IMG/VR virus record: IMGVR_UViG_3300009873_000011
Coordinates: 6,831-70,830 of that record
DNA: 64,000 nt
From: a virus
Lineage: Duplodnaviria; Caudoviricetes
Reading direction: 5' to 3' (one strand)
The position numbers were made by a program, and so were the translations under genes. Under the pieces are notes generated by a model that ran no database searches, was not told the DNA's origin, and saw nothing but the letters and a program-made list of their open reading frames with translations. Positions 6,272 through 14,907 of the stretch are shown here, in pieces (within the stretch, counting starts at the first letter, position 1; each line of letters begins with the position of its first letter).

Positions 6272-6360
6272 GGAAGGCACCCGAATGGTTAGGAACTAGT
6301 CTTGAAAACTAGGGTGGGGGAGATCCCCCCTACAGGGTTCGATTCCTTGGCCTTCCGCCA
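6272..6360 (+). tRNA. trnS: tRNA-Ser(TGA)
   Basis: CTAGT-CTTGAAA-ACTAG; long variable arm; G73. Confidence 0.92.
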
Positions 6361-6365
6361 AAAAC

Positions 6366-6716
6366 ATGGAAAAGAAACTTCTCTTCAGTCTTACCGCTAA
6401 GGACTTCGATATTCAGACCTTTTGTACTGGAGGTAACGGTGGACAGCACCGAAACGCCAAGCAAAATGGAGTGCGGATAATTCATCGTGCTTCTGGGGCT
6501 CGGGCAGAACACCGAGATGGACGGGATCAGGCGAAGAACAGGGAAGCAGCGTTCAAGAAACTGGTAGAGACTCCGACCTTTAAGGCATGGCACAAAATGG
6601 AGGTAGCTCGCAGGTGCGGCTTGGTGGCTGAAGCCGAGCGAGCGACAGAGGAAGCAATGCAGCCTAAAAACCTTAAGATAGAGGTTAGGGACGAGCAGGG
6701 GCGGTGGACGAGTTAG
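6366..6716 (+). CDS. GGQ peptidyl-tRNA hydrolase (ArfB/YaeJ-like ribosome rescue factor)
   Basis: TGGNGGQHRN...VRIIH...RDQAKNRE RF-1 domain motifs. Confidence 0.85.
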   Translation: MEKKLLFSLTAKDFDIQTFCTGGNGGQHRNAKQNGVRIIHRASGARAEHRDGRDQAKNREAAFKKLVETPTFKAWHKMEVARRCGLVAEAERATEEAMQPKNLKIEVRDEQGRWTS

Positions 6717-7172
6717 ATGAAATGGAAAACTCTAAGCGGGGAGCAGATCCCCGACATAGCTGAGTTCATAAAGAAGGCATCCGCAGATGGACAGGAGGTC
6801 CACATTGGTACCGACTCCCTTCAGACCGGACGGTACACCCAATTCGTTACAGTGGTTGCTGTGCTCAACCCACCTAAGGGAGGAAGAGCCGCCTACACGA
6901 GGGAGATTGTTCCCCGTATTAGCTCTCTACGAGAACGCTTGCTGCGTGAGGTGTGGAAAAGCGTTGAATTGGGGATGGCAGTGGCGGGGGAGTGTAACGG
7001 GGATTTGACGATCCACGTAGATGCGAACCCCTCAGAGAAGTATATGAGTAGTAAGTATGTGCAGGAGTTAGTCGGCTTGGTAGTTGGCCAGGGCTTTAAA
7101 GCCCTCATCAAGCCGGAGAGCTGGTGCGCCACCCACGCGGCGGACTGGACTGTACGCAACCTTAACAAGTAA
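6717..7172 (+). CDS. YkuK/DUF458-like RNase H-fold protein
   Basis: HIGTDS, FVTVVAV, LLREVWKS, IHVDAN, AAD. Confidence 0.75.
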   Translation: MKWKTLSGEQIPDIAEFIKKASADGQEVHIGTDSLQTGRYTQFVTVVAVLNPPKGGRAAYTREIVPRISSLRERLLREVWKSVELGMAVAGECNGDLTIHVDANPSEKYMSSKYVQELVGLVVGQGFKALIKPESWCATHAADWTVRNLNK

Positions 7173-7247
7173 GAGCGGGTAGGCAAGAGGCTAAGCCCCA
7201 TGGCTGCAACCCATGTATCGAGGGTTCAAATCCCTCCCCGCTCTCCA
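7173..7247 (+). tRNA. trnC: tRNA-Cys(GCA)
   Basis: CATGG-CTGCAAC-CCATG; U73. Confidence 0.92.
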
Positions 7248-7252
7248 TCCAC

Positions 7253-7326
7253 TGGGGATTAGGCTCAAGGCGAGCCGGGAGGCTTTGACCCTCCGGAGCA
7301 GGGTTCGATTCCCTGGTCCCCAGCCA
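7253..7326 (+). tRNA. trnQ: tRNA-Gln(TTG)
   Basis: GGAGG-CTTTGAC-CCTCC; G73. Confidence 0.92.
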
Positions 7327-7351
7327 GAAAAGTAGAAAGGACCAACACTCA

Positions 7352-7534
7352 ATGATGACCCCATCCGGGGAAACCACATTAGAAGACGAGATCATCTACT
7401 CACCTGAAATCTCGAAACTCCTTGACGAAACTCAAAAGCGCATAGAAGATGGAACCCATGTTGGTTCACTGCGGATGACTTTGGAAACCCTGGTCTTCAG
7501 GGCTATCCGTTCTTGGACAGGAGAAGGAGAGTAA
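7352..7534 (+). CDS. hypothetical protein
   Basis: AAGGA RBS; abuts the next gene. Confidence 0.5.
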   Translation: MMTPSGETTLEDEIIYSPEISKLLDETQKRIEDGTHVGSLRMTLETLVFRAIRSWTGEGE

Positions 7535-8584
7535 GTGGCGATAGTAACTCCGGACAGCGTAACCCTGGTCTACGCCGCTGGCGGCATGGGGAAGTCCACC
7601 CTAGGTGCCCAGCTAGCTGCATACATTTACAAGACCACCGGGAAGAAAACCCGGGTGGTGAACATGGACGGAGGGGGAACCCGAACCGCCCACGGTGGGC
7701 TGATAGCGAAGGGGATCTCAGAGGTATGGGACCTAGATCAGTGGGACGAGAAGAGTCTGTTTCTGACCCTGGACCTGGCGACCAAGGGCTGGTGGCCGGA
7801 AGATCCGAGCGAGCCGAACTCTCCTCTGATCTCCCCCTTCACGAAATGGAAAGAGTGCCCGAGTTGCCACAAGGATGTGGGTGCGAAAGGTTTTGCTTTA
7901 CCACCGAAATGCGTGAGTTGTGGCGCGTCACTGGCTGCTGGGACTTTCTGCAAGACACGAACTACGTACGCAAATGGGTTCGATGCCGTCGGTGCGGTGG
8001 TGTTCGAGGGCTTTACCAGCTTCGGTGAAGCCCTTCTCCGCCGGCTCCGCACCATCAACCCCGAGGGAGGCCGCACCATAGATGACAAGGCAGGAGATGG
8101 AACGGTTTTTAAAGTCTCTGCTCCTGGGCAGCAACACTACGGAGACGCCCAAGCCTACCTCGGACAGTTCGTTGCCAACACCCGGACCATCCCCGTCTCC
8201 CGAGTCCTCTGGACAGCACTGGAGAATCGTGGGGAAGAAGACGGAAAGCAGATATTTGGTCCGAAGGGTCCAGGGCAAGCCCTCACTACAACTTGTATCC
8301 CGTGGTTCACGGACGTGATTCATCTGGATGGGGTGGCGCAAACCAAGAACGGGCTAGTGGTGAAGGACGCGAATGGGCAGGAAGTGGTAGAGCGCAAGCT
8401 CTTCCTGGCCCCGCATTACCCTCCGGACAACAAGCTCTTCCTCTTCCGAGCCAAGACTTCCGCCCCACTCCTTGGTGGCCTGCCGCCCATGCTTGACTTC
8501 CCGCCCACCGGCAACACCATGGAGAAGCTGCTCACCCTGGTGGAAGAGGCTAAGGCGAAGGCGGGCGAGGAGATGCTTAAGTGA
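7535..8584 (+). CDS. P-loop ATPase, Sak4/AAA_24-like recombination protein
   Basis: Walker A AAGGMGKST; VVFEGFTS; Zn-ribbon insert. Confidence 0.7.
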   Translation: MAIVTPDSVTLVYAAGGMGKSTLGAQLAAYIYKTTGKKTRVVNMDGGGTRTAHGGLIAKGISEVWDLDQWDEKSLFLTLDLATKGWWPEDPSEPNSPLISPFTKWKECPSCHKDVGAKGFALPPKCVSCGASLAAGTFCKTRTTYANGFDAVGAVVFEGFTSFGEALLRRLRTINPEGGRTIDDKAGDGTVFKVSAPGQQHYGDAQAYLGQFVANTRTIPVSRVLWTALENRGEEDGKQIFGPKGPGQALTTTCIPWFTDVIHLDGVAQTKNGLVVKDANGQEVVERKLFLAPHYPPDNKLFLFRAKTSAPLLGGLPPMLDFPPTGNTMEKLLTLVEEAKAKAGEEMLK

Positions 8585-8802
8585 CCTACACTCGGGAGCT
8601 TCAGGATGAAGATTGGAAGGGCGTTTGTGCTAACTGGGACAAGATGACAGACAGTCATCGTTGGTTTCTGGTAGCTATTCGAATGGCAGATGGTAGGATG
8701 AATCTTTGGTGTAAGTATTGCAGCATGCAGCGGAGTGCTGCAGCTGAGCCCTGGCAGAGTTTCATCGACAACCGTCAGCTTCTCATGGAGTACCCAAAGT
8801 GA
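8581..8802 (+). CDS. hypothetical protein
   Basis: GTGA overlap; CxxC. Confidence 0.5.
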   Translation: MTYTRELQDEDWKGVCANWDKMTDSHRWFLVAIRMADGRMNLWCKYCSMQRSAAAEPWQSFIDNRQLLMEYPK

Positions 8803-9095
8803 GCGAACCTGAAGATCCGAAGAACCAGGAAGAGGCCCTCCCAGTAGAGGTGGGGTTGATTAAGGACCCGGAGATGTTCGAGGTGGGGACCGCCCCGCAG
8901 TTTGGCGACTCACCTATGCTGGTCTTCAAGAAGGAGGGAAAGCCCGTCCACGCCCTCGCCTTCACCGACGGGGCTGGCGAAAAGCTCTTGCAATCCTTTG
9001 CCGCTCTGCTAAGCTTGTACTACGGCACAGCTGGGGAAACTGAGGAGAGGCCCCAGTATGTTAGTGCCGAGAAAAAGAAACCAACTCTCCATTAA
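8799..9095 (+). CDS. hypothetical protein
   Basis: GTGA overlap; GGAG RBS. Confidence 0.55.
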   Translation: MSEPEDPKNQEEALPVEVGLIKDPEMFEVGTAPQFGDSPMLVFKKEGKPVHALAFTDGAGEKLLQSFAALLSLYYGTAGETEERPQYVSAEKKKPTLH

Positions 9096-9117
9096 ACCTT
9101 TGAGGAACAAAAAACTT

Positions 9118-9762
9118 ATGGCTACTATGCCCGCAGACCTTGCCGGATCCGACGAAGCCGTTGAGACCATCCAGATCGAGACCCCGGACTACACCGACTA
9201 CGAGCTGCTCAACCCCGGGTTTTACACCTCCCCTAGCAGGGTAGTTACCCCTGAGCGTAGGGTTGGAAAGAATGGCCCTTTCATCATGGCTCGGGTGGAG
9301 ATGTCCCAGCTGGTGAACGAGGAGGGGAACACCATCTACCTCTCGCGTCCTCTGGTTAAGTACATCTTCTCCTTCACCCGGAAGCAGAAGAACCGTCAGG
9401 GGGAGACCTCTGAGATCGCGAAGTACCTGAGGGCTGCTGGAATCCAGCTGGAAGGGAACGTCTCCCCGCAGGTTGTCCAAGAGGCCCTCTCCGAGAGCGC
9501 CGCTCTCCCTGTTCAGGTGAAGGTTGGCTGGACCAACCGGACGCCTAAGCAGCCGGATGGGAAGTACCTCCCGGAGAAGGCCTACACGGGGGATTTCCGG
9601 AGTGGCGCGAACGGTTCCGCCACTTTCCATGCCACCCTCACCGAGGATGAGGTAGTAAGCCTCGCCCCCGGGAAGCAGAAGGAGCGGCTCACCGCGGTTC
9701 TGTGGAACGGTAAGGTTCAGGCCAAGCATCGGGTAGAGGAGTTCTTCCCCTTCCGAGGCTAA
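9118..9762 (+). CDS. hypothetical, possible ssDNA-binding protein
   Basis: GAGG RBS before ATG 9118; position after Sak4-like ATPase (inference). Confidence 0.5.
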   Translation: MATMPADLAGSDEAVETIQIETPDYTDYELLNPGFYTSPSRVVTPERRVGKNGPFIMARVEMSQLVNEEGNTIYLSRPLVKYIFSFTRKQKNRQGETSEIAKYLRAAGIQLEGNVSPQVVQEALSESAALPVQVKVGWTNRTPKQPDGKYLPEKAYTGDFRSGANGSATFHATLTEDEVVSLAPGKQKERLTAVLWNGKVQAKHRVEEFFPFRG

Positions 9763-9868
9763 GCGTTTAGGGGCGAAACGGAGGCAACCTAGGCCCTGCC
9801 TTTAAGTACCCCCTAGGGGTTAGGCTTCCCCCACAAAAGCTGGAGTTTGGCGGCATCTCCTGAAAAAC

Positions 9869-9896
9869 CGCCCCTGACACTTGGGGCTTTTCTTTT
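9869..9896 (+). terminator. intrinsic terminator
   Basis: GCCCC-TGACACTT-GGGGC followed by TTTTCTTTT. Confidence 0.65.
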
Positions 9897-9938
9897 CAAG
9901 GAGGGACGGCCCCAGCGCTGGGTTTGGCGGTAAAACCC

Positions 9939-9967
9939 TTGAAAACCGCCACCTACCCTGCTACACT
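9939..9967 (+). promoter_or_regulatory. sigma70-type promoter with extended -10
   Basis: TTGAAA-17 nt-TACACT with TG at the extended -10. Confidence 0.6.
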
Positions 9968-10018
9968 TCTCCTCTGGGCAGCGCCAAAGTTGCCTGTTTA
10001 AAAGGAGAACCCCCACAC

Positions 10019-11752
10019 ATGAAGGCCTTCCGAAATTTTCTCGCTGCCCTAGCTGTGGCTTTCGTCACACTCGGTGCGAGTTGTCCAGGCCCCGGACCGG
10101 GCCCCGGGCCCACCCCCACACCCACACCCACCCCCACACCAACCGCCATCCGCACGGACATGCTGCTTCGCGCCGTAGATGCGAAGTTAACCAACTTAGC
10201 TGGAGAAGCGGTGGACTTCCGGCAAGCGGTTCAGTGTTGCGGGTTTGAAGACGCAAATCAGCCGGATGGCTGGAACAACGACCTTCCAGGAGTGGAGAAC
10301 CACTACTGGCCCCTCATCGGTGACGAAGCGATGGAGTACTTCGCGGGGTACAGGTTTAATGCTTTCCACATGCGCCTGGGACCGTTCTACGGGGATGCGG
10401 AGCATGAGAGCGCCTGGACTGGGATTGGCGGAGCCTACTCCGGGGGACCGGGGAGCAGCTTCAACCTGGCCTTCTACACCAAGGTAGAAGGCTTTATCAA
10501 CTACGCCGCCCAGAAGTCCTGGTGGGTAGAGGTAAACGTCGTAGACACCTGGTACTGCAAGCGAGCCCAGTGGGGAGACCAGCAGATCCCCTGGACGCAA
10601 GCGGCGATAGACTCTTGCGGGAGAACCCCGAACGCTGAAGTGGAAGCCTTCATCCGCCAGAACGTCAGAGCTTTCACCAAGTACGGTAACGTGATCTGGC
10701 TGATCGACAACGAAGGTTCGGAGATTTCCCAAGCTAAGCGTGCTTGGTTTGAGTGGGTCCGAGACGTGATCCGGGATGAGGAAAGCAAGGACCCCTCGAA
10801 GCATGTTCATCTCATTGGCACCAACTCGGACTTCCAGGATGTGGGAGACTACGTGGCAACGCACGCCAGGGAAGCCCTTACCTCCCCGCTAGCTGGTAGG
10901 TGGACCCTAAACAACGAGCGCAACCCGGAGTTTTCTCCTGAGCAGGAAGCTTCCAACTTCAAGCTAGCCAGAGACGCGGGTCTTTCCTACGCCTACTGGC
11001 GAGCCGAGCAGAACACGGAGAAGATGGTTCGCACGCTGGAACTCTTCAGAGACGTAGTGGATGGGAGCGCTCCGGTGGGTTGCTTTCCACCCGCTGAGGA
11101 TGACTCCAAGTGGGTGGAGCCACCAACCCCTGGTGGTGGGGAAATGCGGGCCGCGGTAAATGCCGCTAAGGCGAAGGTAGGAGAGCGGTGTGGAGCAGAC
11201 CACTCCGGAAGCCTTGCCACTCTGGACCTTCTTGGCCAGCAACTCCGGGCAGATGGCTTCTGTGCAGGCCGGATGACCGATTCGGTGTTCATAAAGCGCT
11301 CCGACGGCAGATGGGAAGAGTACCACGCAGTGACCTTTGCCTCTGGTTGCTGGAGTGCAGACCCAGCTCAGAATCCGAAGTTCACCTGGACCTACAGCGG
11401 AAGTTCCGCTTCCGCCTGCCCGGATCCTCAGCCCCCGGACCTTGAGTCCTGGGTAGTGAAGATCCACAATCAAGGGCCTAACTGGACCGTGATTGACTCC
11501 ACCCCCTTCGTGAAGGACACCGCCTACTGCAACGCCTTCGGCTTCCCAGGACCTAGGTGTCCAGTCCGCCCGGAAACCGATCCGAACCGTGGGAGCTGCG
11601 AGCTGATCTCGGTGGGGCTGCCAACCTGGACAGGCCCTGGAGAGGTAGTGCCTGGAAACCCGTACCAGTATCGGGTGCGGCGTGGAACCTCTGGCACGGC
11701 CACTGTGTGTGGTAAGGGGGGAGTTTGCGAAAGCATCTCCGTCCCGGCATGA
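10019..11752 (+). CDS. lipoprotein with clan GH-A-like TIM-barrel glycoside hydrolase and Cys-rich C-terminus
   Basis: Signal ending LGASC, (PG)n(PT)n linker, WLIDNEG acid/base-like motif, LNNE. Confidence 0.6.
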   Translation: MKAFRNFLAALAVAFVTLGASCPGPGPGPGPTPTPTPTPTPTAIRTDMLLRAVDAKLTNLAGEAVDFRQAVQCCGFEDANQPDGWNNDLPGVENHYWPLIGDEAMEYFAGYRFNAFHMRLGPFYGDAEHESAWTGIGGAYSGGPGSSFNLAFYTKVEGFINYAAQKSWWVEVNVVDTWYCKRAQWGDQQIPWTQAAIDSCGRTPNAEVEAFIRQNVRAFTKYGNVIWLIDNEGSEISQAKRAWFEWVRDVIRDEESKDPSKHVHLIGTNSDFQDVGDYVATHAREALTSPLAGRWTLNNERNPEFSPEQEASNFKLARDAGLSYAYWRAEQNTEKMVRTLELFRDVVDGSAPVGCFPPAEDDSKWVEPPTPGGGEMRAAVNAAKAKVGERCGADHSGSLATLDLLGQQLRADGFCAGRMTDSVFIKRSDGRWEEYHAVTFASGCWSADPAQNPKFTWTYSGSSASACPDPQPPDLESWVVKIHNQGPNWTVIDSTPFVKDTAYCNAFGFPGPRCPVRPETDPNRGSCELISVGLPTWTGPGEVVPGNPYQYRVRRGTSGTATVCGKGGVCESISVPA

Positions 11753-12093
11753 GGCGGACGTTAAAGGCCATTCTCGTAGGGGGCACCCTGGGGTTCCTCC
11801 TCGTCTTCGGCTACATCGCCTACGAGACTTACCACCTCCCCAAGATCCGCCCCCTAAACTCCTACCTCTTCATCTTCGACACAGGAGAGAGCAAGGAGTT
11901 GCTAGGGGACTCCATCGAGCAAAGAGGTAGCTGTACGGTAGTGATTACCAACGAGAAACCTATAGTGTGGCTCTGCAACATCCCTCACGCGATTGTGTCT
12001 CTTGGCCCAAAGCTGCCGGCTCCACCGGCCCCAGAGCAACCAGCCCCCACCCCTACCAACAAGGAGAGGACCCCATTTAATGAGCGTACCTAG
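11749..12093 (+). CDS. membrane-anchored hypothetical protein
   Basis: ATGA overlap; N-terminal TM. Confidence 0.55.
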   Translation: MRRTLKAILVGGTLGFLLVFGYIAYETYHLPKIRPLNSYLFIFDTGESKELLGDSIEQRGSCTVVITNEKPIVWLCNIPHAIVSLGPKLPAPPAPEQPAPTPTNKERTPFNERT

Positions 12094-13072
12094 GATCTAC
12101 ATTGGATTCCACAGCTACGGGATTTGCCCCACCAGTTTCGCCATAGACCTCGCCCGTCTCATGCGGTACTCGGGGACCATCATCCCAGCGGCACTTCACG
12201 AAAAGAGCTGCTACGTAGACTCAGCCAGGAACAAGCTGGTGCGGGCCTTTCTCTCTCAGAGCGACGGCACCCATCTAATGATGATGGACGTGGACCTTAG
12301 CTTTGAGCCCGACGCGGTTTTGAAGACCTTCAGCATCATGCAGGCTTTACAGCTGGATGCGGTGTACGGCAACTACGCTTTGGGAAATGGTGCCAACTCC
12401 ATCTTCGGCCCACCGGAGAATGTGAGTCAGGAAGCTGCCGTACGGGTAAACCTGGAACCTAACAAGGTCTACACTGACATCGTGACAGGCGGAACAGGCT
12501 GGCTCCTGATGACCCGGGAGCTTCTAGCCAGAATGGAGAAGGAATGTGAAGGCCCATGGCACTGGTTTGCACGAGATGTTACAACGGATGGTAAGGACCG
12601 AAGGGGAGAGGATATTACCTTCGGTTTGCGGATGTACAGAATGCAACCAAGACCGAAGGTTGCTGGTATCACGACCGTTCTCCTTGGACATGAGAAGACC
12701 CAAAAGTACTTCCCCAACTTCATGAGTGGGGTGGCTGCTGCTGGCAGCATGGCCGGAGTGTGCATCCCGAATCCCTTTGAAAATGACCCCCAGAAGTACG
12801 CTATAATAGGTACTTCAGTCATCGACATGTCCAACCTCACGCAGGAGCAGCGGGAGGCGGTTCTGGCGGAACAAGCCAGATGGATCGAGTGGAAGAGGGT
12901 GCAAGATGCCGGAAGCCCTAGAGCGGGAGTTGAAAGCGCAAGCAGCCAAGAAGAGACTCCGCGGGAAGCGGAAGGGAGCCTACATCTACGGGACACTGCG
13001 GAAAACGGGCTGGAAGCCGAAGCGGGAGCTGGGACTGACCGAGATGGCAAGGGAGAAGAAGTAAATGGCTAA
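12080..13072 (+). CDS. GT-A fold glycosyltransferase (family 2-like)
   Basis: VDSARNKLV, MMMDVDLSF (DxD), GTGWLL, GEDITF, GHEK. Confidence 0.8.
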   Translation: MSVPRIYIGFHSYGICPTSFAIDLARLMRYSGTIIPAALHEKSCYVDSARNKLVRAFLSQSDGTHLMMMDVDLSFEPDAVLKTFSIMQALQLDAVYGNYALGNGANSIFGPPENVSQEAAVRVNLEPNKVYTDIVTGGTGWLLMTRELLARMEKECEGPWHWFARDVTTDGKDRRGEDITFGLRMYRMQPRPKVAGITTVLLGHEKTQKYFPNFMSGVAAAGSMAGVCIPNPFENDPQKYAIIGTSVIDMSNLTQEQREAVLAEQARWIEWKRVQDAGSPRAGVESASSQEETPREAEGSLHLRDTAENGLEAEAGAGTDRDGKGEEVNG

Positions 13073-13187
13073 CATCCTAGGGGTTCTAGGTAAGGTACGT
13101 AAGGTTCTGGGGAAGCTCACTGACCTTCTGATAAAGGGTCGTCAGGCTGGCTTGTGGGATCGTAAAAATACTCCGGATGCCAAGTAA
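13065..13187 (+). CDS. small amphipathic protein (not in ORF track)
   Basis: MANILGVLGKVRKVLGKLTDLLIKGRQAGLWDRKNTPDAK; GGAG RBS. Confidence 0.55.
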   Translation: MANILGVLGKVRKVLGKLTDLLIKGRQAGLWDRKNTPDAK

Positions 13188-13617
13188 GCCCTACACGGTT
13201 TCTCCGGAAAAGCGTAGGGAGTACAACCAAAGGTACAAAGAACGGCACCCTGAGCGTATAAAGGCTAGTCACGCCGCTACCTATCAAAAAAGAAAAGCTA
13301 AAGCCAAAGAAGAAACGCTTAGGTGGCAACGAGCTAATCCGCAGAAGGTTAGATTAAAGAAGTGGCGACAGGCTGGCATACGTAACTTTGACTGGAGTGA
13401 CTGGTATAGGCTATTTGAGGCTCAGCGGGGAATATGCGCTTGTTGTTTAGTATCACCCATTAAGGTAGTTGACCATGACCACAACACCGGAGAAGTTCGT
13501 GGGCTGTTGTGTCAAGCATGCAATAGGGGTATTGGACAGCTAGGCGATACCAAGGTTGGGCTGGAGAAAGCTGTAGCTTATCTAGCATGGAGTGAGAAGA
13601 ACAAGGTGGGAAAGTAA
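13177..13617 (+). CDS. endonuclease VII-family nuclease
   Basis: QRGICACC, VDHDHNTGEVRGLLCQACNRGIG. Confidence 0.88.
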   Translation: MPSKPYTVSPEKRREYNQRYKERHPERIKASHAATYQKRKAKAKEETLRWQRANPQKVRLKKWRQAGIRNFDWSDWYRLFEAQRGICACCLVSPIKVVDHDHNTGEVRGLLCQACNRGIGQLGDTKVGLEKAVAYLAWSEKNKVGK

Positions 13618-13784
13618 TGAGCAAGGGACTAGTAGTTGGTGCAATTATCGCATTCGTGGGTGGTGTCAGCGCTACTTTGGGCGTGGCCTACACGGATCAG
13701 GTTCTCTCCCAGAGTGAACTCATCCAGGCCCTAGTGGCTGGAGTTACCGCGGCTATCGCCTACGTGAAGAAGCCCGCGGCCTAA
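13617..13784 (+). CDS. putative holin (not in ORF track)
   Basis: 55 aa, two TM helices, basic C-terminus, upstream of endolysin. Confidence 0.55.
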   Translation: MSKGLVVGAIIAFVGGVSATLGVAYTDQVLSQSELIQALVAGVTAAIAYVKKPAA

Positions 13785-13785
13785 A

Positions 13786-14175
13786 ATGGCGGAGGAGCTA
13801 AAGGTTGCGGACCTTCTAAAGGTTAAGGTCCGAAAGCTCCTCCTAGCCCCCCTCGGACGGGAACAGGCAGTCGGCACCGCTCAGCAGGGGCTGATTGTCC
13901 TGGATCCCAGAAGTCGTACTCCTCTCGCACGGACCCTACTCCACGAGCTAATTCACCTCAAGCGCCCACTCTGGAGTGAACCAAAGGTCCTGCGAGAGGA
14001 GAGCCGTCTCTGGAGGGAAAGTACCTGGCAGGAAAAGGGGGAGCTTTTCATCCGGCTGGGGAAAGCCAAAGTCTGGAGGGGAGAAGAGGAGTTTGAAGAT
14101 GAAGTTGAAGTTCAAGGCGGGGGTGAGCCTGAAAGGCCTTCAACCCCAGATGTTGGTGGCTCTGGAGTTGATTAG
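13786..14175 (+). CDS. small zincin-motif protein
   Basis: TLLHELIH (HExxH). Confidence 0.55.
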   Translation: MAEELKVADLLKVKVRKLLLAPLGREQAVGTAQQGLIVLDPRSRTPLARTLLHELIHLKRPLWSEPKVLREESRLWRESTWQEKGELFIRLGKAKVWRGEEEFEDEVEVQGGGEPERPSTPDVGGSGVD

Positions 14176-14428
14176 GGAGGTTTTCGCTTCCTACGCCCTA
14201 GACACCGTGGTAACATCGTGCAACGACGGAACCCACAAGGAAGGGAGTTATCACTACCTTGGAAGAGCATTTGACTTCCGAACTAAGCACGCAGGGGGGT
14301 TTGCCAAAGGAATTGCCCAAGCCATTAAAGCTGAGCTTGGCCCACTCGGATTCGATGTCATCCTCGAAGATCTCGGAGGAGTCAACGAGCACCTCCATGT
14401 CGAACTCGACAAGCGAGCTGGCTACTGA
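14099..14428 (+). CDS. peptidase M15-family endolysin
   Basis: VTSCNDGTH, SYHYLGRAFDFR, HLHVE. Confidence 0.8.
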   Translation: MKLKFKAGVSLKGLQPQMLVALELIREVFASYALDTVVTSCNDGTHKEGSYHYLGRAFDFRTKHAGGFAKGIAQAIKAELGPLGFDVILEDLGGVNEHLHVELDKRAGY

Positions 14429-14696
14429 GGGGGAGCTTCTCCTCCAGATCTACCTGGAGATGCTCCGCCTCCCAACGGGGGATGGGAGTAAGAAGAGAGG
14501 TAGAGGGGAGAAGCCACCTTGGTGGAGAGACACCTCCCATGAAGGTGCGATCTTCTCTCACCTCACCAAGTGGAAGCGGGGGGAAAGAGTAGACCCTGAC
14601 TCTGGGGCTCACCCCTTAGTTCACGCCGCATGGAGATGTTTAGCAATCGCGTACCAGGAGACATATGGAAAAGTCGATCCAAGAGACAGGAAGTAG
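14397..14696 (+). CDS. dATP/dGTP diphosphohydrolase-like (DUF5664)
   Basis: AIFSHL..W..GE..DPDSG.HPL.HAAW..L. Confidence 0.7.
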   Translation: MSNSTSELATEGELLLQIYLEMLRLPTGDGSKKRGRGEKPPWWRDTSHEGAIFSHLTKWKRGERVDPDSGAHPLVHAAWRCLAIAYQETYGKVDPRDRK

Positions 14697-14907
14697 TGAA
14701 GCTCCGAACCCTCTAGAGGCTGAACTTCTTCAGCACAGGCAGATCCTCCAGGGGATGGCGGTGCATCTGCAAAGCCTGGAAGGCAGGCTATTCAAGCTGT
14801 CCAGTCGGGTAGAGGAGTTGGTGGAGTGGCTCGCAAGTCTTAGCCAAGAGGAGGCCTCTAGTGAAGGTGGAAGTCCCGCAGTTCCTGAAACTGACCGAAG
14901 CGAGTAA
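14665..14907 (+). CDS. hypothetical coiled-coil protein
   Basis: AGGAG RBS; heptad pattern. Confidence 0.45.
   Translation: MEKSIQETGSSEAPNPLEAELLQHRQILQGMAVHLQSLEGRLFKLSSRVEELVEWLASLSQEEASSEGGSPAVPETDRSE

Noticed and set aside
2217-7395. ORF-track ORFs over the tRNA array (e.g. 3171-3590, 5404-5763, 5203-5538)
   Set aside because: They are read-throughs or antisense shadows of tRNA genes with no protein motifs
10085-10145. Short tandem DNA repeats
   Set aside because: Explained by the PG/PT linker coding; the same applies to the Gly run near 30240-30310
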